A DNA stretch of 64,000 nucleotides from Azolla caroliniana. Its lineage: Eukaryota > Plantae > Polypodiophyta. Under the pieces are notes generated by a model that saw only the letters and a list, made by a program, of their open reading frames with translations, searched no databases and was not told the origin of the DNA. Shown piece after piece: positions 23,926 to 36,300 of the stretch (its first letter is position 1; every line of letters starts with the position of its first letter). The stretch is taken from the NCBI GenBank assembly GCA_043228905.1, contig JBHGNT010000006.1, forward strand, positions 7,998,001 through 8,062,000, read 5' to 3'. Made by a program: the position numbers and the translations under genes.

Positions 23926-26900
23926 CTAATTGCGGACCGGGTTTGTCCGGATACTTTCGGTGGAATCATGCTCGACGGGTTCCCAAGTACGTTCGTTCGG
24001 ACTATAACCGAGCCAATCGACCAAGTAATAAAGTTTGTTGCGAACAAGTTTGGAATCGAGGATGGCAGCAACTTCATACTCCGTGCCAGCGTCCAACTCC
24101 AGCGGGGGCGGCGGTGGTGTCACACGATCGGGAATGGTGTTTGCTTTATAAGGTTCAAGAAGAGAACAATGGAAAACCGGATGTATCTGAAGCTGCGGAG
24201 GGAGATCAAGGCGGAATGTGACATCATTAATCTTACCCGTAATATGGAAGGGACCGAGTCGTCGATAATCCAACTTGTCGCACGGTCGAGTAGTCTTGAT
24301 GTGACGACATAAGAGCCATACTCAATCTCCGATGGCAAAAGAGGAGGGAATCCGATGACGATCCGCATAAGTCTTCTATGTGTGTTGAGCATGACGAAGG
24401 TGAGTAGAGAGATCCATCTGGATCTTGCGTAGCCTCTCCAAATTATCCTCGGCACGAGGGTTGGTAGGTAGCTCCGGGGTGTCGATCACCGACCAACGAG
24501 GATGGAAACCGGTATAAGCGAAAAATGGGGAGACCCGAGTCGAGGAGTGAATAGCATTATTATACGCAAACTCCGCAAAGTGGAGAATCTCGGCCCAATC
24601 GTCCCGTTGATAACTCAGGAAACACCGGAGATATTGCTCCAGCGTTTGGTTTTTTTGTTCTGCCTGCCCGTCGGTCTGAGGATGGTAGCCGGAGGAGAGA
24701 TTGCAGGAAACCTTGAGCATCTTGAAGAGATGCTGCCAAAATTTGGAGACAAATTGCAGTCCTCGGTCACTGATGATACTGTCTGGGAGGCCATGATGCC
24801 GAAATACCTCACGCATAACAAGGGCGGCGGTTTCCTCGCTAGTGATGGCTTTAGTACACGGCACAAAATGTGCCATCTTCGTATATCGATCGACGACGGT
24901 TAGGATAGCATCGAACCCCTTCGAGACCGGCAGATCTGTGATAAAATCAAGACAAATAGACTACCACGGCTTACTTGGAATCGATAAGGGTTCCAACAAG
25001 CCATATGGATGGTGTCGTGGCATCTTTGCTCAGCAGCAAGCATCACAGGTCCGAACGTAGTCGTCGACAAAACGGCGCATGTGGGGCCACCAAAAAGATC
25101 GTTGCACTAGCTCCAACGTCTTAGTACTACCAAAATGTCCCACCGTATGGGTGTCGTGACAATGCTGGACAATTTGAAGGCGGCAAGAGCAATCGGGGAC
25201 ATATACGCGCTTTTTAAAGAATAACAAACCATCATGATATTCGAATTATCGGTAGTCAATACCTGGTTGTTGAGACCGAGAACAAGCTGCCCGAGAAGTA
25301 TCAATGTGCGCCAGGATGTCTTGAGCAAAACTATATGTCTTCAAGGTTGCACGTATGTCATCGGTAATCCGTGAATCCATCGGGGTGTGAAAAATCCGCG
25401 TCGTGTGCAATCGTGTTGGTCCCAAGATTACTTGCTTTTGATTATCAAATGTTGCATCACCAGGATGAGGTGCAAGATATGAACGCCATGATAGTGCATC
25501 TGCTTTTCCTTGCTGCTTCCTCAATCGATATGTGATTTTGAAGTCGAAACGCGTGAGGAATTGCGCCCACCGAGCTTGCCGTCGATTTAGTACGCGAGCG
25601 TTCTGAAAATAAGCAAGATTTTTATGATCGCTAAAGACAATGACCTGATGTGGAGAGCCCTCTAAAAAATGCCGCCATTGTACAAATGAATCCACGATGG
25701 CTAATAACTCCTTGTCATGTATTTCGTAGTTGATTTCTGCGACATCGAATTTGCGCGAATGGAAAGCCACCGGATGCAACTCTTCTTTACCTCCTGGTTG
25801 AGAAAGGATGCTACCGAGGGCGAAATCTGATGCGTCGGCCTCCATGATGAATGGTTTGCTTGTATCCACATGAGCTAGAATCGGTGCTGATGTAAAGGCT
25901 TTCTTAAGATGCCGAAAAGCCATATCTGCTTCTATGGACCAAAGAAATGCTTGGCCCTTCTTCGTAAGTTGTGTGACAGGTAAAATAATCTTCGAGTAAT
26001 CCTGTATAAACTTATGGTAGAAGTTAGCAAAACCTAGAAAACATTGTACATCTCGTACCGACCGTGGAATTTGCCACTCTAGTACAGTTTGGATTTTAGC
26101 TGGATCCATGGCGATGCCCTTTGAGGAGATGACGTAGCCTAGAAATTCCACTTGCTTGCAGTCAAAGCTACATTTTTCTAGCTTGGCATAAAGATCATTC
26201 TCGCGGAGTCGCTTTAGTACTAATAGTACATGAGAATCGTGCTCTTCCTGGGTCTTCGAATAAATCAATAGATCATCCAGATAAATGATCAAACAAATAT
26301 CCAAGAGGTCTCTGAATATATCATTTGCCATGTGTTGGAAGACTGTGGGTGCATTGGTTAGGCCGAACGGCATAACAGTATACTCGAAATGCCCATACCG
26401 CGTGCGAAAGGCGGTCTTCCATTCATCTCCCGGTCGGATCCGCACGAGGTTATACGCTCCTCATAGGTCGATTTTAGTAAAAAACTTGGCACCATTAACT
26501 CGCTCTAAAAGACTTGATATAAGAGGAAGTGCATACCTATTCCGGATGGTGACTTTATTCAATCCGCAGTAATCAACGACAAGACGAAGTGAGCCATCTT
26601 TCTTCTTGACAAAGAAGATGGGTGCACCGGCCGGAGATTTCGACTGACGGATGAACCCGCTTGCCAAGTTCTCCTCTATGTAGGCTCGAAGGACTTCTAA
26701 CTCGGTGGGTGACAAGTTGTAAATTGGTCCCCATGGTGGCTCGGTTCCTGGTTGTAAATCGATGGGACAGTCATAGGGACGGTGATGAGGAAGGGTACCG
26801 ACTTTTACCTTGTCAAATACATCGGCATAAGGATGATATTTTGCTGGAAGTTGTACTGAGGAGTCCTTCTTAATAGTGCTGGAAGGATGTACTGATATTG

Positions 26901-27441
26901 CAACTAGGAACATTGCCTCCTTGGGTCCTTCTTCGCGTAGTTGATGGAGTGAAATGGTCAAAACTCGGTGAGTTGATTCTTGGGGTGGTCGATATCGGAC
27001 TTCTCTTGTTCTCCAATCTATGGCTGGATTATGTAATTCAAACCAAGGTAATCCTAGGACAATGGGATGCTCTAGACTACTAATTATATTAAATGATATT
27101 ACACACACAAAACTACCTAGGACAACTTGAATGGGTTCTGATTCTTCTACAATATTCCCGGAAGCAATGGGACGACCATCAATGACTACTACAGCTGCGG
27201 GACAAGGAAGTTTTCTTAAGGATATCTGAGAAGCTTGGGCAAATTTTCGATCCATGAAACAGGAATTAGCTCCGGAATCTAAAAGTGCTAGGATGGGTAC
27301 TGGGGGAGTACTTTTAATACTAACAATGACTTGGGCTAGGAACACATTGCTAACTTGCTTGGAAGGAATGGAACCACTAATGGGTTGTACAGATCTAGGG
27401 CTGTTGTCCAACCAAACGGCTCCTATTTTGGCTGGAATCAA
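23926..27441 (-). pseudogene. pol of D (PR-RT-RH-INT-chromodomain), with stops
   Basis: [41 protein letters not shown], chromodomain. Confidence 0.93.
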
Positions 27442-28595
27442 TCGTTTAACTCTTCACCTAATTGACTAAGGGTTTCAAATTTATTTGAGATACTTGGGCT
27501 ATTAGTACTATGAATACTATCAAACATTCTATTAATACTATTAATACTATCAGACACTCCTAAGGGAAGAATTGACTCGGGTTTAGTACAGGTTACAATT
27601 TGATTTACCTATCTTCTTGTCCTATGGGGACAATTGATTGCGATATGCCCTGGTCCACCGCAATAAAGACATAATCGATTTGCACGTCGTCGTTGCTTTT
27701 CTTCTTCCAATAACGGGCCGCGTCGACGCATGGTATCGATCTCCATTGGTGTCGAAGTATTTGCTTGAGGTATGTCTCGTGCAAACGGTTTAGCCGCGAC
27801 TGCGGCGTAAGTGGGCTCCGGCCTAGCGCGTGGTATCTGTAATTGACGTTCCGAATGCCGTTTGAAAAGGCGGTTGTCACATCGGACCGCTCGACTGATT
27901 GCCTCCGTAAGAGACTTTGGTTCTTCGGGGAAAGTTAGAAGTAGATCTTTGACATCGTTTCGCAGGCCATAGCGAAACTGCTCCATTAGTGCTTGATCAT
28001 CCCAGGGTATGTCTGAAGCGAGTAGGCGGAAATCCGCCGCGTAGGCAGAGGCTGGACGATCGCCTTGACGCAATCGCCGAATCTTGTTGATCGTCGTCCT
28101 GATGCTATCGGTGTCTCCAAAGCAGGCTTTGACCTCACTAATAAAATCTTCAAAGTTATTAAGCAAGAGAGATTGTTTTTCTAGGAGCGGAGCGAACCAT
28201 GCTAAGGCTGAGCCGCTAAGCAATGTGCCTATTAAGCCGACTCGGGATGCATCAGTGGGGTATCGGGAAGGATGCATTTGGAGGACTAATCGTACCTGAT
28301 TAAGGAATCCCCTGAATTGCGATCGCGTTCCATCAAATTTCACAGGAAGTCCAATCTTCGGCTCTTTATGAAATCCTTGGCGACTTGATCCTTGTTGTTG
28401 CAATGCCGCTTCGAGTTGTTGCACCCATAACGCTAACTCCCCATGTTGTTGCTGCGTTTGTTGCTTTTCTAGAGCGATTTGTTGCAGATCCCCTATCAGT
28501 CGTTGGTTTTCTTGTTCCAAGGCAACAAATTTTTCTTTTAAGCACTGTAGCTCGAAGAAAACGGATTGATATTCTTGGGCGCTAACAGTAGCCAT
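27438..28595 (-). CDS. gag of D (Tcn1/PEG10-like), with a premature TAG at about 27609
   Basis: [19 protein letters not shown]...[29 protein letters not shown]; the frame continues past the TAG to a TGA just after the slippery site. Confidence 0.9.
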
Positions 28596-29446
28596 AGTAT
28601 AGGGAAAAGGGTAGGAGGAAAAATTGGTTCAAACTGTCAGCAGTAGTACTAAAGCAGAGATGGAATTAGTACTAAAAAAGAGCAGTATTATTAGTACTAA
28701 GAGGACGGGACTGCGTAAGATTCCCGAGAGAGGAAGTGAGAAGAGAAGAGAGAGAGAGAGATAGCGAGAAAGAGAGAGAGAGAAGGATGATGACAACAGC
28801 TCTTATATTATGTGAAAAGATAAGTACAAATCGGCTAAGAGGCTTAAGACTGGTGTTGAACCAATTTGGTTCAAAACAATGCCTTGTGCCTCCTTTTATA
28901 GTGTTTTTAGGAATAATCCTAAAGCTTCTAGAATGTTCCAGAGAGATCTGGAATATACATCAATTTTCTATGATAAAACATAAATGAAAATAATATCCTA
29001 CAAATTACAATTCATAGTCTAATGGTAAGAGCTCGACCCATGTAGCATAAGGTCATGGGTTCGAGTCTTGCCATATCATGACAGTCGTCCCTGGCTCTTC
29101 CGTCGTCCTCCGTATGCCTGCAGGAGCGCCTCTTTGAAAGCCTCCCACGAACTATGAGCTTCTCGGAGCTCCTTCACTTCTGCGTGCATACGGACGGCGA
29201 CGGCCTGACAGAAGAACTCTAGCCTCAACGCCTCATCCACGTCTCACTCCTCCATTTTCGCGTTGTAGGCTTCCAAGTAGAATGGAACCTTGTCCCCATT
29301 GAAACATCCAACTCTTTCGACCACTCGCTCAACCGCTTGTTACGCCGACTCTCGTCTTGTTGTTGCTCGTCCAAACTCCCTCACCGCTTTGTCAAAAAGT
29401 TGCGCGAAGTCGTCTTCTTCCAACTCCATTCTCCCTTGCCGCCCTT

Positions 29447-29463
29447 TCACGTCGGGTTCACCA
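29447..29463 (-). other. tRNA-Trp PBS of element A
   Basis: TGGTGAACCCGACGTGA is complementary to the recalled plant tRNA-Trp 3' end UCACGUCGGGUUCA-CCA. Confidence 0.82.
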
Positions 29464-29467
29464 AATA

Positions 29468-30336
29468 TATCGTGTGCGTGTAGAAGGGGCGGGACCACGG
29501 GGGTCTCGGACAAGAGAGAGACGAAGTATGGAAGGTCGAGCCTCACTTCTTCCCGCAACCGGCCGAGACACCGACCAGAGCGATTCTGGATACTAACAAG
29601 GAGCAACCGTATGAGAGAGGGGAAAGGGCGCGCACGCAACATTTACTAGGCACGCGCATCCTATGTATAGAAGTTAGAAAGAAGGAACTCCAAAGTCACC
29701 GACAAAGACACAGATGCATAGAACTTCACTATATATATGTGTGTGTATGTACAAGAGCAAGATACAACTCCGGCTCTAAGCCGAACTGAGGTAGGCTAGG
29801 TCCCAACAGCAGTCTGCCGCCAAGCCGCCGTCGGGGAGCTCTCGGGCTCGTCGCGCTGAGCGGGGTCTTGCACAGGAGGCTGAGCAGAAGTAAGCCCCCA
29901 CAGAACATCCAAGCTCTTCACCCAACTAAAACCCTAAACAGACACGAAGAAGAAGACAAAGAAGAAGAAGACAAGACGAAACCCTAAATGAAATAGGGTG
30001 AAGACCAAAGTACAAACCCTAAGGGAACAAGAATAAGATGAAGAGGAAGAACTCTACCGAACCCTAGACCTAAGTGGTATACCCTCCGAACTCAAAATGG
30101 GCAACCCCTCTACAAGGGACCATCCCTTCCTTTTATAGAACAAGGAGAGGGATGCGTTACAATGTGGGATAAATCCCTTATTACCTGGGATCCTTTGTCA
30201 GGAAATAACTACTGTCCGGCCCAGAATGGCGCCCCTATCATTTACACAATTTATACAAGGGTGAGTACACATGATGCATTCTGCCGATTCTCCCGATATT
30301 CTCCGATTCTACCTAGGGATGGTTTTCTCCACGACA
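29468..30336 (-). repeat. Probable 5' LTR of element A
   Basis: Ends TATCGTG (TG mutated to TA) and CACGACA form an imperfect inverted repeat; 4 nt from the PBS; TATAAAAGG on the minus strand near 30137; no second copy in the window. Confidence 0.65.
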
Positions 30337-31844
30337 ACGTCACAACCGGTTCTTGAACGCTCCCGATCCGAACAGGAGTTTCCGTCATTGTCCTTGCCCA
30401 ATGTGGCTTCGAGTATTTGCTTTCCGCCAATTCGTCCTCTATGAATGCATCTTCCAATTACGCCTTTCACACTTCTACGGGCATTTCCAGTTCCAGCTCT
30501 ATCGCAAGCCTCTTACGCTTCACTAAGTCTACGATGGAGTCGTGGAACTCCTTCTTGGCGATTCCTAGCACCTCTCTTAGTGTCAGCTCCACCCTACTGT
30601 CCAAGACCCACTCTTCGAGGACTTTCTACAAGTCTGTAGCCCTCTCTATTTCTATGCCTAGCTGGTAACCAGCCTGCTTCGTTCTGTCCTATAAGGTGGA
30701 ATTACCAACGTCATTCTTCTTCGGTACGCTTCTCGTTTCGTATCGGCTAGAGGGTTCGGCTCCTCCGCCCTTTCTTGCTCGCTTGTCTTCTACCAAAACT
30801 TCGTAGTTCTAGCACGCCGCCTCCATGAAACCGGTCTTCTCCTCGACTGGATTAGTCCACCCTGTAACTTCCCGGACCCGCTTCTCCGCGTAGTCCGCTT
30901 CCTCCTTCCTTAGTCACACTCCGGAGAGGCCTTCTAGTACCGAGGGCAAGAATACGGAGTCCTTCGTCTTCTGGCCGCCATCGCTTCCGACATGGATCCC
31001 ACCTGACGCTGAATAGTGGATGGCTTTGGCGTGTCACCCCGCGGCTTCTTCCATTAACCGCTTCATTCCGCCGCGCCCGGTATTCATCTCGAGGGCTTTT
31101 CGGTTTTCACTCACATGCACCTGCTGTTATGTACACATAACGTTGGTGAGGGTAGGTCACTAATATTTACATTAGTGAAGGGTATGTTCACTATTATTAA
31201 AAAGGGGACTAATGATTGGATAGAATGAATGATATGTGCATGCACTATCATGATTTAGACAACCAATGAATAGAGAGCCTTTTAGAAAGGCACATCTATT
31301 CAAGGGGCCTAGGAAAAGGTATAAATATGAGGCTTAGCTACCCTCATAGGAATCACGTCGGAAGGCTGCTGTCGTAGACACCGGTGGTGCGGGCTAGGCT
31401 TTCGTCTCGACGATCGTGTTTATCTCTTCCAAGGTATTAGTCATCCTAATATCCGGCGGTATGGGACGTCGGTGGTAGGTTGGCTATGTCTAGATCATAG
31501 CTCGGGGGTGGTCGGGTGGAACGGGTTCCTCTATCCAATCTATTTTCTTCCTTTTTACTTGATTTGGTCTATTGATTAGTAATAGACTCTTAACAGTGGT
31601 ATCAGAGCTTTTACTAACAATTTTTTTGTTGTTTTGATGTTTTTTTGCGTGTGAGCGAGGGGGATCTAACAAGGCTCGTCATGCTCTTCTCAGGATCAAA
31701 ACAACACTCTAAACCCGGTATTCTTCTTTTTTGATCTCTTCTCTTTTTCTATTATGCGTTCTATTATGGTCGAATCAAATTGGTATTACGTTTTATTCTC
31801 TTTCTTTCTACCTCCTACTACGCTACGATTTTACTTATTATTAT

Positions 31845-32365
31845 GCATCGGGCCGAGCGTGTTTGCACTAATCGCACACGCTCAACTCATGGCCTTTTGC
31901 ATATTGCGATATATATCCCACTCTCTCCTCTCTTGAACTCTTACGATAATAATTATTCTTGTGCATTGGGTCGAGCGTGTTTGCTCTAATCGCACACGCT
32001 TATCTCATGGCCGTTTTGCATATGATGTTGAGTATACCACTCTTCCCCTCTATTGAGCCATCACTTGGCCGATTCTAAGGGATGATGTGGCCTTGACGAG
32101 GTGTATGTTGCCTACCTATGCCACTCTACTCTCTATTAAGCCATCAATTGGCCGATTCTATGGGATGTTGTGGCCTTGACAAGGTATATGTAGCTTACAT
32201 ATGCCACTTTCCTTTTTAATTAGCCATCAATTGGCCGATTCTAAGGGATGATGTGGCCTTGACGAGGTATATGTCACTTACCTATGCCACTTTCCTCTTT
32301 AATTAGCCATTACTTGGCCGATTCTAGGGATATGTGGTGGTCTTGAGGAGGTGCATGTCAACTAC
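31845..32365 (+). repeat. Tandem repeats in the 5' leader of E: two copies of about 120 bp and four copies of about 83 bp
   Basis: GCCATCAMTTGGCCGATTCTA...GTGGCCTTGAC recurs at about 32057, 32140, 32223 and 32306; CGAGCGTGTTTGC...TAATCGCACACGCT occurs twice. Confidence 0.85.
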
Positions 32366-33350
32366 CCTAGGGTTTCGTATCTTAGGGCATGTTTGATTCC
32401 ATACACCTAATTGTTGATTATTCTAATTAAATTTTAATTTCATAAGTATTGTTTCACTTATATGATTTTCTAGTAATTATTATTTACCCGCCCACAATTA
32501 ACTATCCTTTTTCCACTTCCTTTTCATGTATAAAGTATTTACATCGTTTAATTTTAATGTAACCTTTACGTGTAGACTATTTTTTTCGTATGGAGTGGCT
32601 TGTTGAACGATTTTTTTTCAACGGGTCATCTAGGTTTAACCCTTATCATCAAGCCTTAGAAAACGAGTAAAACCATATGAGTTCCCTTATTGATGTTTTA
32701 CTCATGGATTTGAGTATTACATCTTTGCGCACAACACCGTCATCACTTGTATCAATTTGTGGCTTATGTCACAATTGTGCAAGTTATAACAATCATATTA
32801 GGATGTATATGTGCATACCTTGCACTTCCCATTTATTTGTGACATTGTTTTTTTCGTAGGTAACACATGGGTTCTTTTTTTTACCCTTGTTTTCGTCACT
32901 ACTTAACTCTTATGAGTAGTGCCTTATTTTATCATTTTATCATCACGTTTGCTTATTGCTCGCAAGACTAGAATATTACTTGTGAGTGCACTTGTTTTTT
33001 CACGTAATACACTTACTCGACCATATAATACATGATGGGTTGGCATTAATATAAGGCTATCTAGGAAATTTCATTGATGTAAGAACCATGGTTGAGCCTC
33101 GGGGAGCCGCCATGATTACTCAAGATAGAGATCCGAGAAATACATCTTAGCTATGTTTTCCCCCATGGTTTTTAAAACACCATAGTGTTACCATAGTTAT
33201 CGGATCTCGAATCACATCTCATATGTCTAGAGGGGTAAAGACATGAGATACTTTCTTGGATAAAGTTCTTTCAATCAAAATTTCAAGCATTCATTTTGCT
33301 TGTGTATTTTCTGAACCTCCTTATTTTATTGCATACCCACAGCGTGCATC

Positions 33351-36300
33351 ATGGAACAAGTTTTGAACGCAGTTGGAACGATCTCTCCAAATGAGACCTC
33401 CCAACCCCAATCCGCATCTCGCACACAAGCTGAGATCACTATTGAGCAATTGCTCACTACTACCTTGAATCAATTGGACGAAATGAGACAGGCCAATATG
33501 GCATTGGAAAAGAAATTCCAAGAATTAACTATTGAGTCCAAGAAAGAAGGTGAACCTTCCTTCGTAGTCACGCCTTTCAAGGGAGATAAGAAAGAAAGAA
33601 CCGAGGAGGCCATTAGCACTTGGCTTGGTCGTTGGGAGTCTCACTTTGAGCTTCATCCCAAGCCCGATGCAATAAAAATTGGTTATGTCGGTCGTGAGTT
33701 AGGTGGCCGAGCTGCTGCTTGGTGGCGTGGCCTAAGGACCGCAAAAAACTTACCCACAACTTGGGAAGGTTTCGTTGATGTTTTTAAGAAACAATTCTTG
33801 CAGCCACCTTCTCAAACCGAACAAGCGCAACACTTGCTCACATTGTCTAGTAAGCCATTTACCTCTCTCGAGGATTATGTGCATCACGCTCGGACCCAGA
33901 TCCAAAAATCGGGACTTACGGGTGAGAAATGGTTTGTCGCTTGTTTTTTGAATGGTATTCCCAATGGGGATTATCATTGGATTGTCCATGACAAGGACCC
34001 CACAACTTTCGAGGAAGCCGTCAACATTGTGCTGCGATACCATAGGACTTCCAAGAAAGACCACAATAAACCTGAGTTCGCCAAAACTCCGAATGTCAAG
34101 TTCATTGGGAAACGTAAGCAATCCAGTGACACTCTTGACCGCGACTCAAAGAAACCGAACCTCTTCTGTGCATATTGCAAGAAGCGGGGCCACACAAAGG
34201 ATACCTGTCGTCGTCTTGAGAGGAAGTCAATGAACACCCCTCCTCAAGACAAATCTACGAGTCACACAGGTGAGTCTTTTGATATTGTTGAAGTTCATAC
34301 CAATCACTTAAGTTTATGTGAATGCACTTTTCCTTCACATTTACTTGGACCTAATGATTTACTTCGAGCAGTCGGATATATCAATGGAACACAAGCACAT
34401 TTCTTGTTTGATTCCGGTAGTTCTCACAATTTTCTTAATGATCACTTTGTGCAGCAAATGGAGCTCCACATAAACGCAAGTGATCATATCTATCAAGTTC
34501 ACATGGCAAATGGAAACGTTCAATACATCAGTGGCATTGTTTGTCAACTGCCAATTCAAATAGATACTTATTTGGAGAAGCTTGACTTTCATGTTATGAA
34601 ATTACAATCCGCAGATGTCATTTTAGGATATCCTTGGTTTTTTAATAAAAAACCCTTCTTTGTCCATTGATTGGGTTAATCACTCAATCACATTTGAACT
34701 TAATAATTGTAAACATTTTATTCAATGTTCCAAACTTCCTTCTCATTCACTTGTGTCTTCTAAATCTTTAAGTGAGTATTCTAGTTCATTAATTTATTCG
34801 TGTGTAATTGATCCTGCGGTTCAATTTTATTATTTTAATATTGACGCCACACAATTACCACATTTTGAGCAACGATTACTCGACTCTATTTTAGAGGATT
34901 TTCAAGATGTGTTTCCTACTGAATTACCGCTTACTTTACCACCTAAACGTAATGTGGACCATCAAATTGAACTCATCCCTGGGGCTGCTCCTGTGAGCAT
35001 TCCACCTTACCGACTTAGTCGATTAGAAGAGGATGAGATCGCTAAACAACTTAAGGAATACTTGAGTATGGGCCACATTAGGTATAGTAAATCACCTTGG
35101 GGTGCGCCAGTTCTATTAGTCAAGAAGAAGGAAGGTTCGTGGCGAATGTGTATCAATTATCGCCGTTTGAATAAAATGACAATTAAGAATGCATATCCAT
35201 TACCTCGTGCCGATGATTTGATTGATCGTTTGCACGGGGCTCGATATTTTACGAAAATTGACTTACGAACTGGTTATCATCAGATTCGCATCGCCGAGGA
35301 TGATATTCCTAAAACCGCTTTTCGTACGCGTTATGGCCATTATGAGTTTTTAGTCATGCCGTTTGGGTTGACTAATGCTCCAGCCACATTCCAACAAGCG
35401 ATGAATGATGTTTTCCGAGATCAACTCGGTGATTTTGTTGTCGTCTTCTTGGATGATAGTTTGATATATAGCCGTACCTTGCAAGATCATGTTCAACATG
35501 TTCGATTTGTTTTGCGAAAGTTGCGTGACAACTCTTTCTATGCAAAACATTCAAAATGTGACTTCTTCCAAAAATCTATTGTGTACCTAGGTCATTTAAT
35601 TACAGAAAAGGGCGTTGAAATTGAACCTTCTCGTATTGAAAAGGTTAAACTTTGGCCCATTCCTCGTAATATTCGTGAACTTAGATCATTCTTAGGGTTT
35701 GTTGGATTTTTACGAAAATCAATTCGTAACTATTCCAAATTGACTATGCCATTAACTGACCTTTTAAAAGGTCATCCACGTAAGTCTATCAAACCAATTT
35801 CATGGAATGAACAACTTGACAAATCATTTGAGACACTCAAGGAGCATGTGTGTCAGGCTCCCACTCTTCTATTACCAGACCCTTCTAAGCCTTTCTCAAT
35901 TGAAACCGATGCTAGTGATTATGCTATTGGTGCCGTTCTTTATCAAGGTGGTCACCCTATTGCTTTTGAAAGTAAGAAGCTTGATGCTGCTCAATCTCGG
36001 TATTCGGTTCAAGAGAAAGAGTTGTTTGCGGTGATACACGCACTTAAAACATGGAGGCACTATCTCTATGGAAATAAATTTGTGGTTACAACAGACCATC
36101 AATCATTAAAGTATTTTTGTGACCAGCCCGATCTTGTTGGTCGTAAAGGCCGTTGGGCTGACCTTATGCAAGATTTTGATTTTTCCATACGATATCGCAA
36201 GGGTTCTATGAACACCGTTGCTGATGCTCTTAATCGCATTAAAGAAGTTAACATGCTTAGCTTCACGGAAATAAAATCTGATCTTTTAGATCACCTTCGA

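Larger units (their letters stand above)
23439..29083 (-). mobile_element. Element D: full-length Tcn1-like chromovirus (Ty3/gypsy), mildly degenerate
   Basis: LTRs 23439-23885 and 28635-29083 (TGTCA...TGACA); TSD GTCGT; PPT AAGGGGGAGATAG; group I chromodomain YEVAAILDSK...YLVDWLGYSPNERTWEP. Confidence 0.95.
1676..30336 (-). mobile_element. Element A: degenerate gypsy-type LTR element with tRNA-Trp PBS, interrupted by B, D and the left-hand copia; 3' end not in the window
   Basis: 5' LTR about 29468-30336, PBS at 29447-29463, gag-like frame from ATG 29429 that resumes across the D (TSD GTCGT) and B (TSD AGCTG/AGTTG) insertions. Confidence 0.75.

Noticed and set aside
29008-29075. Functional tRNA gene
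   Set aside because: Only the A/B boxes and their spacing are tRNA-like; I could not fold a convincing acceptor or anticodon stem.
34640-34665. AAAAAAC slippery site as a programmed -1 frameshift in E
   Set aside because: The downstream ORF is in the +1 frame and the break falls inside the protease; more likely a 1-nt homopolymer insertion or sequencing error.
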